Shown here: positions 35,764-45,900 of the stretch, piece after piece
Numbering within the stretch: position 1 is the first letter of the stretch
How the letters are laid out: every line of letters starts with the position of its first letter
Assembly (NCBI GenBank): GCA_963797555.1
Contig: CAWCPV010000007.1
Span: forward strand, 416,001-480,000
DNA: 64,000 nt
DNA from: an uncultured Gammaproteobacteria bacterium
GTDB lineage: Bacteria; Pseudomonadota; Gammaproteobacteria; CAWCPV01
Direction: 5' to 3'
Notes under the pieces: model-generated
Told to the model about the DNA's origin: nothing
The model's database searches: none
What the model saw: the letters and a program-made list of their open reading frames with translations, nothing else
Translations under genes and position numbers: made by a program

Positions 35764-35781
35764 ATTACATTTTGGTGACAG
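35764..35781 (-). promoter_or_regulatory. Pho box
   Basis: Minus strand CTGTCAC-CAAA-ATGTAAT: two half-sites with 11-bp period, about 110 nt upstream of pstS. Confidence 0.7.
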
Positions 35782-36264
35782 TGAGCCCGTGACCGGTCTG
35801 GCCGGCAAGACTGGCGGTGGAGCACACCGCTACGAAGGTGCGCGCAGACACGCCCACCGGCGGAGATCGTCTCTCGCGATCGTCCGCTGCCGACGCGGCC
35901 GCGATCGGCTATGATTGGGCGCGCCAGGCTTCCGTCTCGCGTGCGTGAGCACGAAACCTAAGCGTGCAAGGCGAAGGCGAGCCGGGCGCCGAACCGGCGG
36001 AGACGCAGTCTGGATGGCGCGCTCCGTCGACGCCGAACGCCAGGGATCGCGTCGCCGCTGGCGCCGCAGGCTGACCCGAACCTCTCGCTCAGGCGAGGCT
36101 GTGCCCCGGGTTCGCCCGGGCGACCCCCAGCGATGGGCTCGTACGCCCAGCGACCCTACTGACCGAGCAGGAGGCGTGCGCCTATTCCCACCTCCAGGGT
36201 GCAGAGCTGGACCGTTCGGCGACGGGCGGTCGGCATTCCACCGCTCATCCCCTTACCGGGTACC

Positions 36265-38127
36265 GTGTGGCGCCGGTTCGCGATGCTGATCGCGCTGGTC
36301 TGCCTGCTGTGCTGTGCACCGCTCGCGCTCGGCGGCGAGGTCGTCATTCCGCTCAGCGTGCGGCTGTCACTGCTGAATCAACTGCTCGAGAAGCGCCTGT
36401 ATGCCGGATCGGATCAACCGCGGGTGCTCTACCAGGAAGGGTCGTGCCGTTTCTTCAGCACCTCCCAGCCACACCTCGAGATCCAAGGCCGGAAGCTGCG
36501 CTTCATCAGCCACGGCAGCGCTCGGCTGGGAATCTCGTTGTGGGGGCATTGTCTCGGGGGGCTGGACTGGACGGGCACGGTCGCGCTGGACCTGCTGCCC
36601 TCCCTCGACGAGGCATGGCAGTTGCGCTTTCGCGTTTCGGAGGTGCGGGTGTTCGATGCCCAAGGGCACCCCCAAGGGCTGTTCGGCTTCGTGCTGCGGA
36701 TGACCACGCGTTTTCTGCAGCCGCTGGTGGAGTCGTTCACGCTCGATCTCGCGCCGCCTCGGCAGGAGCTTGCGGCGCTGGTGCGCGCTACGGCGCCGCT
36801 CGCGGTCAGCGCTCAAGTGGAGACGATCCTGGCTTCGCTGAAGCCGCAACCACCCTATGCATCGGCCGAGGGTATTGCGGTGCCGTTGGCGTTTACGGTG
36901 CCCGATCTCATCGCCAATCCGCCTGCGCCGGTAAAGTCTCCCGAGGCGCCACTCACGCCCCAGGAGCTCGAGCACGTGCAGCAGGCGCTGCAACCCTGGG
37001 ATGCATTTCTGGTGTTCGTGATCAAGAGTGCCGGTCTGGATATCTCGGACGGTGGGATTCGGGGGGAGCTGTTCCAGCTCCTCATCGCCAGCCGGTACCG
37101 GTTGCTCCCGATCCTCGGCGGGGAGCTGCCGGCGGGCGCTCGGGACCCGGTGCGCGTGCTCTTCAAGGACGCCTGGGAACGCCTGCGCGCCATCATCCAG
37201 GAGGCGGAGAGGCGCGGCCTGGTGCAGGATCACCTGCTGCAGTACCTGACCTTCATCAACGCCGGTGACGCCCTGCTCGCGCTGCAGAGCGCCGCGCCCG
37301 GTCTGGGAATCGAGATGTCGACCGACGGGCTGCGCCGTCTGGCGCGCGCGCTTCGCCCAGCCATGACCGGCGATCCGTTGCAGTACAGTTGGGAGGTCGA
37401 CCCGGAGCTACGCGAGCTGTTCGGCTTCGGTCCCGACCAGCAATTGCCGCTCAACGAGCCCCCGGCAAGCGACCGGCTTGGCACGTTGCTCGTCCGCTCT
37501 GCGCGCGCGGATGCGGCCTTGAATTCCGACGCCGCCAGTCTCGGCAAACGCCTGGACGGCTGGATACCGACCGACAGCCAGTTGGACGAGTACCGCCGCA
37601 CGGTCCACGAGCTGCTGGATCTGGTGGTATCGGGGGAGCTGCAACGCACACAGCTCGGTTCCCGGTTCGTGCCGGCGTACCGCAACTTGGTACCCAGCAC
37701 CGCGCTGATAGAGAGCTGCTGGCGGCACTTCGTACGCCAGGGCGGGCGGATCTCCTATCTGCGCTCGGATATGGGCGGCATCGGGCTCATGCAGATCAAT
37801 CGGCACGTCTGGCGCGGCTTCTACAACGTCGAGCGGCTGAAATGGAACGTAGCGTACAACGCGCTCGCGGGCGGTCAGATATTGATGCGCTATCTACAGG
37901 ACTATGGCGCGAAGGTCGTCGACCGCACGGGCGATCTGGACGCCGCACCACGTGCGACCTACTCTGTTTACAACGCCGGTCCCGGCGCGGCGCGCCGCTT
38001 CATGTCGGACCGGGCCTCGGCGCGCGAGCGGCGCGTGGACAATCGCCTCTGGACGCTGTACCAGGGAATCGCCGCCGGCGGCACCGTCAATCTCGCGAGC
38101 TGCACGGTCGACCCACCTGCGCCCTAG
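36265..38127 (+). CDS. Exported protein with C-terminal lytic transglycosylase (SLT) domain
   Basis: Signal peptide; IESCW, GIGLMQIN, YNAG motifs. Start uncertain. Confidence 0.85.
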   Translation: MWRRFAMLIALVCLLCCAPLALGGEVVIPLSVRLSLLNQLLEKRLYAGSDQPRVLYQEGSCRFFSTSQPHLEIQGRKLRFISHGSARLGISLWGHCLGGLDWTGTVALDLLPSLDEAWQLRFRVSEVRVFDAQGHPQGLFGFVLRMTTRFLQPLVESFTLDLAPPRQELAALVRATAPLAVSAQVETILASLKPQPPYASAEGIAVPLAFTVPDLIANPPAPVKSPEAPLTPQELEHVQQALQPWDAFLVFVIKSAGLDISDGGIRGELFQLLIASRYRLLPILGGELPAGARDPVRVLFKDAWERLRAIIQEAERRGLVQDHLLQYLTFINAGDALLALQSAAPGLGIEMSTDGLRRLARALRPAMTGDPLQYSWEVDPELRELFGFGPDQQLPLNEPPASDRLGTLLVRSARADAALNSDAASLGKRLDGWIPTDSQLDEYRRTVHELLDLVVSGELQRTQLGSRFVPAYRNLVPSTALIESCWRHFVRQGGRISYLRSDMGGIGLMQINRHVWRGFYNVERLKWNVAYNALAGGQILMRYLQDYGAKVVDRTGDLDAAPRATYSVYNAGPGAARRFMSDRASARERRVDNRLWTLYQGIAAGGTVNLASCTVDPPAP

Positions 38128-38299
38128 AAGGGGCTGGGCTGAAACGGTGCCTTCGCTCCGTGACGTGTGCTGCAGGCGCAGCACCCGGATGTGCCGCAGC
38201 GGCAGGGCGTAGGGCAAGCTCGATGTCCGCCGGTCCTCTGCGGAGGCGGCAAGCGTCCGCGCCCCGTCCCATCTTGCCCATAAGGCTGCGATTCCCGCG

Positions 38300-39949
38300 A
38301 TGAGACATCTGTTCTGGTCTTTCCATCACCTGAAACGGACTGCCACGGTGCTGGAGGACGTCGTCTTCGTGCTGGGCCGGAACCTGCAGCGCAAGGCTTT
38401 GCGCAACGGCGGGCTGATCCTGATCGCGTATCTCTCGGCGCTGATTCATGTCGGTTTGAGCGGCGCGAACGGCGATTTTGCGCACCACCTCACCTGGGTT
38501 TCCGCGGTGGCCGCACTGGCCTCCTACCCGCTGGGGACGCTGTTGGTGCGCATCTCGGATTTTCGGGTGCACGGGCAGATGAACTTCGCCTACGTGAACC
38601 ACCTGAACCTGATGGGCGATTACAAGCGCGACCGTTGCAGGCACCACCTGGAACGGCTCTGGGACGAGGTGTTTTGCTATGAGGCGGCGTTCCGCTATAC
38701 GCCCCGTCAGGCGGAGCTGGCACAGCAGGAGCTGGCGCGGCGCACCGAGGCATTGCGCGGCGTGTTGGCGGGACTTCCCACGGGGTTGCGGCAGCTTCTG
38801 CGCCTCGACGACGCTCACGGGTTGGAGCCCATGGTGGAGCGCATCCTCTCCACCTATCCGCAGGACCCGGCACTGGAGGCGACGCGTGCATTGTTCGTGC
38901 TGACCGGCCTGTATGCGCTCAATGTACCGCTGCCTCAGGTGCTGCAGGAAAAGGAGGTAGGCTTCGACATCAGCCTGCTGGAGAATTGGTACCGGCGCAG
39001 CGTCTTCACCTTCGAGGACAGCGTGGTGAGGGACAGCTACGCCAACCGCCACCTCCGCGAGCTGCCAACGCTGCCGGACCACCCGTGGCTGAGCCGCGTC
39101 CTGGCCCTGGCAACGTCCAATCCCTCCCCGTCCTTCTGGCATACCTATACGATGCGAAAGTACGGGGCCATGTTGGGCCGGCAAATCCGCTTGTTCAACC
39201 AAAGGTATCTGGATCTGCAGCGGGAGGCGCCGTACTTCAACGCCCAGCACTTCCTGTGGCCGCACGTGGAGCTGGAGGCCCATGTGCGCGAGCGCTTCGG
39301 CAGCCGCGGGGAGCTGGTCCTGAGCGACCTCAGGGCGACACGGCGACGGCTGGTGCGCACCATCTTCTCGGACCGGATCGAGAGCGCCCGCCGGCAGATT
39401 TACTTGATGTTCCGCAAGGACGTGAAACGGGTGCTGCGGCTGCGCGTGAGCTACGATCCGGAATTCGTGGCGGGCGGATTGGCGCAGAGTCTGGCGGGGG
39501 AGGTGGCCGCGTGGGAGCGGCAGTTCGGCGTGAGGGTGATGGGTGAGCGGCGGGTGGATCGCCTCCAGGCCCAGGCGCAGGCCCGGCTGCGGGAGGCGGA
39601 CGCGTTGCTGGAGGGTTGTTGCGCCGACCGCGCGCTGACGCGGGAACAGGTGCGGGCGGTGCGCATGGCGTACCACGTGGACTATGGCGGGTTGCGCAGC
39701 CGAGTGGCAGCCGCTGGCGCGGCGATCCGACACCCTTTTGCCGTGCCGGGGTTTCCCGCCACGTTCGCATCCGCCGACAACGCCGGCGACTCGATTCGGG
39801 ACCGCGTGGAGGGTATCGCCCAGGCCTGGGAGCGGGCTTCCACCTACCTGGTTCAGGTGCGCACCATCTACCTTCTGGCCAAGTTGGAGCTGGACACCTA
39901 CACCGAGCTGGTGGAATCGCTCGCGGAGTATGCGCCGTCCGCCTCTTAG
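38300..39949 (+). CDS. Hypothetical protein with two N-terminal TM segments
   Basis: Intact 549-aa ORF with GC-rich third codon positions; no motif recognised. Confidence 0.75.
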   Translation: MRHLFWSFHHLKRTATVLEDVVFVLGRNLQRKALRNGGLILIAYLSALIHVGLSGANGDFAHHLTWVSAVAALASYPLGTLLVRISDFRVHGQMNFAYVNHLNLMGDYKRDRCRHHLERLWDEVFCYEAAFRYTPRQAELAQQELARRTEALRGVLAGLPTGLRQLLRLDDAHGLEPMVERILSTYPQDPALEATRALFVLTGLYALNVPLPQVLQEKEVGFDISLLENWYRRSVFTFEDSVVRDSYANRHLRELPTLPDHPWLSRVLALATSNPSPSFWHTYTMRKYGAMLGRQIRLFNQRYLDLQREAPYFNAQHFLWPHVELEAHVRERFGSRGELVLSDLRATRRRLVRTIFSDRIESARRQIYLMFRKDVKRVLRLRVSYDPEFVAGGLAQSLAGEVAAWERQFGVRVMGERRVDRLQAQAQARLREADALLEGCCADRALTREQVRAVRMAYHVDYGGLRSRVAAAGAAIRHPFAVPGFPATFASADNAGDSIRDRVEGIAQAWERASTYLVQVRTIYLLAKLELDTYTELVESLAEYAPSAS

Positions 39950-40124
39950 TCCAGGAATCCCCCGCACGCCTCCGCTGTTTATTAGACAGCTTCTTACCCG
40001 ACTTTGACGGGAGCTATGCACACGAGCGCCACAACACAAGGCGCGACAAGGGCTTGCCGCGGGGCGGGTGCTGGTACAATCTCTCCGGCCTGGGGCCGGC
40101 GTCTGGCGCGCCTTCGTCCGCCGC

Positions 40125-40144
40125 CCCCCCTCGATCGAGGGGGG
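40125..40144. repeat. Perfect 20-bp palindrome between convergent genes
   Basis: CCCCCCTCGATCGAGGGGGG. Confidence 0.6.
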
Positions 40145-40206
40145 CGAATGCATCCTCACCTCGCCTCAAGGCGTTCCCGCGGCAGCGGCCCGTTGGCCCG
40201 CAGCGC

Positions 40207-41319
40207 TCAGCAAAGGGGGCTGCAATCGTCCGGCGTGTTCTTCTTTACCGTCGAGCCGGTGAGGGTTACCGTACCGCCGGTGTTGAAGATCCCGCCGCCG
40301 TCGGCGGACGCCGTGTTCTTCGAGACGATCGAATCGGTGGCGGTCAATGTGGCGCCGACGTTCAAGATCCCACCGCCGAACAGGACAGCCGAGTTCTTCC
40401 ACACGATCGAGTCGTTGAGCGTCAGGGTGGTGGTGCGGATGATGCCGTCGACGGGGTCGGCATACTGGAGGTTGAGAATGCCGCCGCCGCCGCTGAAAGG
40501 CCCCGTGTTTTGCGACATGCTATTTTGCGACACGCTCGAGTTATTGAGGGTCAGCGTGCCGCCGAAGGAATTGGTGATACCGCCGGCGAACATGGACGCC
40601 GTGTTCTTCGACACGATCGAGTCGTCGAGGGTCAGCGTGCCGCCGGCGTTGACGATCCCACCACCCTCGAGGGACGCCGTGTTCTTCGACACGATCGAGT
40701 TGTCGAGGGTCACCGCGGGGAGAGGCGTGATAGGGTGGTTGTAGAAGTTGCAGTAGCTGCAAATGCCAGCGCCCAAGTATGCCGTGTTGTTCGACACGAT
40801 CGAGTTCTTGAGGCTCAGCGTGCCGTCGTTGTAAATGCCGCCGCCGAAGCAGAGGAGGGTACTTGTACCGCAATTGCCACTCTCGCTGGACGCCGTGTTG
40901 TTCGACACGTTCGAGTTCCTGAGGCTCAACGTGCCGTCGTTGTAGATGCCGCCCCCTAAGTCGCTGAAACCATGCTGCACCGTCAGGTTGGCCAGCGTGA
41001 CGGTAACGCCGGAGTCCACGCTGACGACGGTGCCGGCGCCTCCGCCGTCGAGGGTCGCCGAGGGGCTGCCTATGATGGTGAGGTCGCGATCGATGGTGAA
41101 GCGGCCGGTGCAGCTGCCTCTAACGCGGATCGTGTCGCCGGTAGCGGCAGCGTCGATCGCGTCCTGCAAGCTCTGCGCCTTATCGCAACGGACGGTCGTG
41201 GTGGCCGCCTGGGCGGGGGCTGCCGCGAGTGCTGGCAGGAGGATGCTGGCTCCCCACAGGGCCGCCAGCGAGCAGGCCGTCCGGCGGCCGGCTCCAAGGG
41301 CTGGAATGAGACGAGACAT
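40207..41319 (-). CDS. Secreted right-handed beta-helix repeat protein
   Basis: Signal peptide, SLQDAIDAA, about 7 repeats of GGGIxNxGxTLTLxxSxVSxNTA. Confidence 0.85.
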   Translation of the reverse strand: MSRLIPALGAGRRTACSLAALWGASILLPALAAAPAQAATTTVRCDKAQSLQDAIDAAATGDTIRVRGSCTGRFTIDRDLTIIGSPSATLDGGGAGTVVSVDSGVTVTLANLTVQHGFSDLGGGIYNDGTLSLRNSNVSNNTASSESGNCGTSTLLCFGGGIYNDGTLSLKNSIVSNNTAYLGAGICSYCNFYNHPITPLPAVTLDNSIVSKNTASLEGGGIVNAGGTLTLDDSIVSKNTASMFAGGITNSFGGTLTLNNSSVSQNSMSQNTGPFSGGGGILNLQYADPVDGIIRTTTLTLNDSIVWKNSAVLFGGGILNVGATLTATDSIVSKNTASADGGGIFNTGGTVTLTGSTVKKNTPDDCSPLC

Positions 41320-41411
41320 GGTGCCTCCGAGGAAAGGATAGGAAATTCAACGAGGTGGACCAAAAAGTATAGGGGCCGCGGGGGGAGCCGTCAAGGCGCC
41401 CCGGGGGAGGC

Positions 41412-42872
41412 TGTAGCGCCAAAGTCGTAATGTCCCCTTTGACCAAAGTCGTAATGTCCCCTTTTGGTACTCGAAGGGGGACGTATGGAAGAAGGGGTGA
41501 TCACGATGAGCCGGCGAGAGTTGGAGCGACTTGAGGTGATGCAGCGGGTGGCGGGCAGGCGGATCAAACAGGGCGATGCGGCCCGCATGCTGGGGCTATC
41601 GGTTCGGCAGGTGAAGCGCCTAGTGTGTGCGTACCGGCAGGACGGGGCAGCGGGCTTGGTGAGCAAGCGCCGGGGTCGCCGGTCCCATCAGCGCATCCCG
41701 GAGGCGGAGAAGGCGCGTTTTCTTGCCATCGTCCAGTCTCAGTACCCCGACTTCGGCCCAACGCTTGGGGCTGAGTATCTGGCCCAGGCGCACGGATTTC
41801 CCTACTCGGTGGAGACCCTGCGCGGGTGGATGTCTGAGGCCGGGCTGTGGCAACGAGGCCAAGCCAAGGCGAGCCGTCCCCATCCCCCGCGTGAGCGACG
41901 CCCTCGGCTGGGCGAGCTGATCCAGATCGAGGGCAGCCCGCACGACTGGTTCGAGGGCCGGGGGCCGCGCGTGAGCCTCATCGGCTTCATCGACGATGCC
42001 ACCAGCCGGGTGATGGCCGCCCGTTTCGTGCCAGTGGAGTCGAGCCGGGCTTACCTCAGTGTGCTCGCGGCGTATGTGCGCCGTCATGGGTGCCCGGTGG
42101 CCTTCTATAGCGCGCCGCCACTCCATCTTCACCAAACACGACCCGCAAGACCCCGAGCCCACCCAGTTCGAGCGCGCGCTGGGGAGCCTCGACATCGCCT
42201 CCATCCAGGCCCTCTCCCCGCAGGCCAAGGGGCGGGTGGAGCGGCTGTTCCAGACCCTTCAGGACCGCCTGGTCAAAGCACTGCGGATGGCACACATCCA
42301 GGACATCGACGCCGCCAACGTCTTGCTCGACACTTACCTCGAGCGGCACAACGCGCGCTTCGCCGTCGCGCCCGCACCCCCGCAGGATACCCACCGGCCC
42401 TGGAGCGGCTCGGTCGCCGAGCTCTCCCACCTCTGCTCGCTGCAGCACGCGCGCACCCTCTCCAAGAACCTGGTGGTCAGCTTCAGGGGTCAGCGTTACA
42501 TCCTCCAGACCCCGGCCCACGCCCCGCGCTATGGCCTGCGGGGACGGCGCATCACCGTATGCGAGCACCCCGACGGCACCATCGAACTGCTCAACGGCAC
42601 CGAGGTCCTGCCGTACAGAGTCTTCGATGAGCGCCGCGACGGGCCCGCCGACCGCAGCGTCGATGACAAGACGCTCAACCAACGGGTCGACCAAGCCATC
42701 GCCCGCCTCGCCCCGAAAACGCCCCGAAAGCCCCCGGCAGATCACCCTTGGCGGCGACCCTTGCACTCCCATCCCAGACCAACCGCCACCAGCAAGAACT
42801 GCCCCTAACTCTCGCCTCAAGGGGACATCTCTACTTTGCAGAAAAAGGGGACATTTCTACTTTGGGTTGACA
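41412..42872 (+). mobile_element. ISNCY (IS1202-like) insertion sequence; transposase about 41485-42808 with a frameshift near 42115
   Basis: TGT...ACA ends, each with two copies of CAAAGTxGxAATGTCCCC. Protein motifs YPDFGPTL, GELIQIEGSPHDWFE, FIDDAT, SPQAKGRVERLFQTLQDRL. Confidence 0.9.
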
Positions 42873-42972
42873 CGGGTTCGGGGGAGGTTCGGGGCAAGGG
42901 GACCGGTCCGCAGGGGGATTTGACTTGCCGATGGAATGACTACGTGTCGGCTCAAGGGTACGCAAGCACATC

Positions 42973-45900
42973 ATGAATGACGCTCCTCAAACCAACTTTG
43001 CAACGGACTCGCTGGAGAACCTCAGACGTCGTCTCCTCGACCTCACTGCCCGCAACCGCTTGTTGAACTTCGCCCACGGCCGCCAGGGCAACGTCCGACT
43101 CGTCGACGAGCCGCCCGACGAGCTCCACCGGATGCTGCTGTCCGAGGAGGAGCTCAGGTTCCAGGCCATCCCGGACCCAACCCGAGAACAACTGATCGAG
43201 GCCGGCTACATCGAGATGGACCCGGAGACAGGGTTGGACAGCCGTGTGAGGAAAGACCCCACGGCCGCAGAGTGGGCACGCTGGCTCGGCTATGACACGA
43301 GCTACGAGCTGCCGGTTCCGAGTGGCGACGGGGGTGCGCAGCCAAAACATCAGGACAGGGCCATCCAGACCCTGATGTTCCCCTCGGAGATGGAGGTGCG
43401 TCTGCGCGGCTTGCGCAACAAGGCGGAGACGGCCATCGAGGAAACGGGGGCGAACGTCTGTCACGTCGCCTTCGGCTTCCTGGAGTGGTTCGAGAGTCCG
43501 GACAGCGACCAGCCACGCCACGCGCCGCTCCTGCTGGTGCCGGTCCGGATCGCGAAGGGCCGGCTCAACCCGGCGAACGGCACTTACAACTACACCATCG
43601 CTTACACGGGCGAGGACATCCTCCCGAACCTCTCGCTCAAGGAGAAGCTGCGCATCGACTTCGGGCTCGCATTGCCCCATCTCGACGAGTCTACGAGCCC
43701 GGAAGACTACTTTCTCCAAGTCGCGCATCTGATCGAGGAGCCGCAGCCCAGTTGGAAGGTTCGGCGCTACGCGACCGTTGCGCTTTTCAACTTCAGCAAG
43801 CTGCTGATGTACCTCGATCTCGACCCCGCAAAGTGGCCGAGCGAAAAGCTTATTACCGATCACCCGGTCGCCAGCCGGTTCCTCACCGCCGAGAGCCAGG
43901 AAGCGGGTCCCAGTGGGTTCGACGACGAGTACGTGATCGACGACCTGCCGGACGTGCATGAGCGCTATCCTCTCGCGGAGGATGCCGACAGCTCCCAGCA
44001 CAGCGCCCTGGTTGACGCGATCGAAGGCAAGAATCTCGTCATCGAGGGACCGCCGGGCACTGGCAAGTCCCAGACCATCACCAACCTGATCGCGGCCGCT
44101 CTGGCGCAGGGCAAGCGGGTGCTGTTCGTCGCCGAGAAGCTGGCGGCGCTGGAGGTGGTCAAACGGCGCCTGGACCATGCCGGTCTCGGTGACTTCTGCC
44201 TGGAGCTGCACAGTCACAAGACGCAGAAACGCAAGGTACTGGATGACATCGCCACGCGCCTGAGCAACCAGGACAAATATCAGTGCCCCGCGCAGATCGA
44301 CGCGGATATTGCACGCTACGAGGCCCTGAAAAACGAGCTTCGCGGCTATGCAGAGCGGATCAACAGCAAGTGGAAAAACACCGCGCTGACCATCCACGAG
44401 ATCCTTATGGCAGCCAGCCGCTACCGGGAAGAGCTGGGAATCGATCCGGCCACCGTTCACGCCGAAGGGTACGGCGGGGAGATGTTCACCGGCGAGGTCC
44501 AGCGGGAGAGTCTGGACACCGTCCGCATCTTTGCGGACGTCTATCGCCAGATCGCCGTCCAGCTCGATCGGGGGGACGACCTCCAGAGCCACCCCTGGCA
44601 CGGCGTCGGCAACAGGGACCTGCAGCTCTTCGATAAAGAGCGGGTGTGCGCCGCCCTGTCCCGATGGCAAGACGCTTTGCGTCGCCTGGGTGAGATAATC
44701 GCGGCAGCCGGTTCTCTGTTCGGCGCAGAAAACGTGAGTGCGCTTCATGATCTCGACGGCATCGAGATCCTGCAGAAGGATCTCGGAGAAATCCCTGCCC
44801 TGCATGGTGACGAAGTCCTGGCGGCGCTGCCCCACCTGCGCGAGGAAAATCTCGCCGCGTTGACCCGCCATCTGCAACTCTTCCGCGAGATCCGAGAGTG
44901 CCGGCAGGTGCTGTCGGAGCGGCTGCGGCCAGAGTTCTTGGGAGACCCCGAACCGCACGGACAGTTGCGCTCCGCCTACACAGAACTGGAACAACTCGGC
45001 GTGGCGAGTGGTACCGACCTCGCGACGCTCGCCAGGCACTTCGAGCGGATCGGGCGCCTGAAAGAGCGCATTCAGGAGCTCGGCAAGCCCATGGCGGAGA
45101 TCGCCGTCCACCTCGGCCGTCCGTTTACCGACCTCATAAAGGTGAATGAGGCCGGCCTCGGGGAGTTCCGCGCACTGGTCGACTTGGTCAGCCAGCTCAG
45201 ACCCGCCCTGCTCAAGCTCCGCGACGCGTGCTTCGATGATGACGGTCTGGACGATCTGCTCGCGGAGCTGAAGAAGAGGGTCGAAGCACTGAACGCAGCC
45301 CGAGAGGAGCTTGGCCAACGCTTTGCGCTGGATCGCCTCCCTCCTCCGGAGAGTCTCGCCGAGATGCGAACGCAGCTCGCGAAGACCGGGCTATTCCGTT
45401 GGTTCGACGGGAAATGGCGCGCCTCCCGCCGCGCTCTGCTCCAGCTCTCGGCCACACCGGCGGCACGTTTCAAAGAGCTGGCAGGCCGCCTGGAACAGCT
45501 CTCCGAATACGCGAGGGACAAGCGGGCGTTGGAAGAGGACGCTCGCTTCAGCAAGACCCTCGGAACCCACTTTGCAGGCACCGAGACGCCCGTGGCGCAT
45601 CTGGCCGAACTTCGCAATTGGTGCAGGACGGTGCGGCGGCGCTACGGCGTTGGGTTCGGTCCTACGGTGGCGCTCGGTGACGCCCTGCTCGGGATGAGCA
45701 CCAACGTGGCCAGGGGAATCCAGTCCCTCAGCCAGCAGGGCATCGTCCACCGGGTCGACGACGTCCTTCGGGAGCTTGGCGAGCTGAAATCGGCGCTTGC
45801 AGGATACCCGCCGATCCAGCGACACGACGCGCCCCTGCTGGCGGCGGACGGGCCTTTGTCCAAGCTGCAAGACTTGCTTCGGCGAAACCTCGCCGTTTGC

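Noticed and set aside
38087-40159. 690-aa minus-strand ORF
   Set aside because: Antisense to the 549-aa gene, which has more protein-like composition.
42952-45318. 788-aa minus-strand ORF
   Set aside because: Antisense shadow of the helicase gene.
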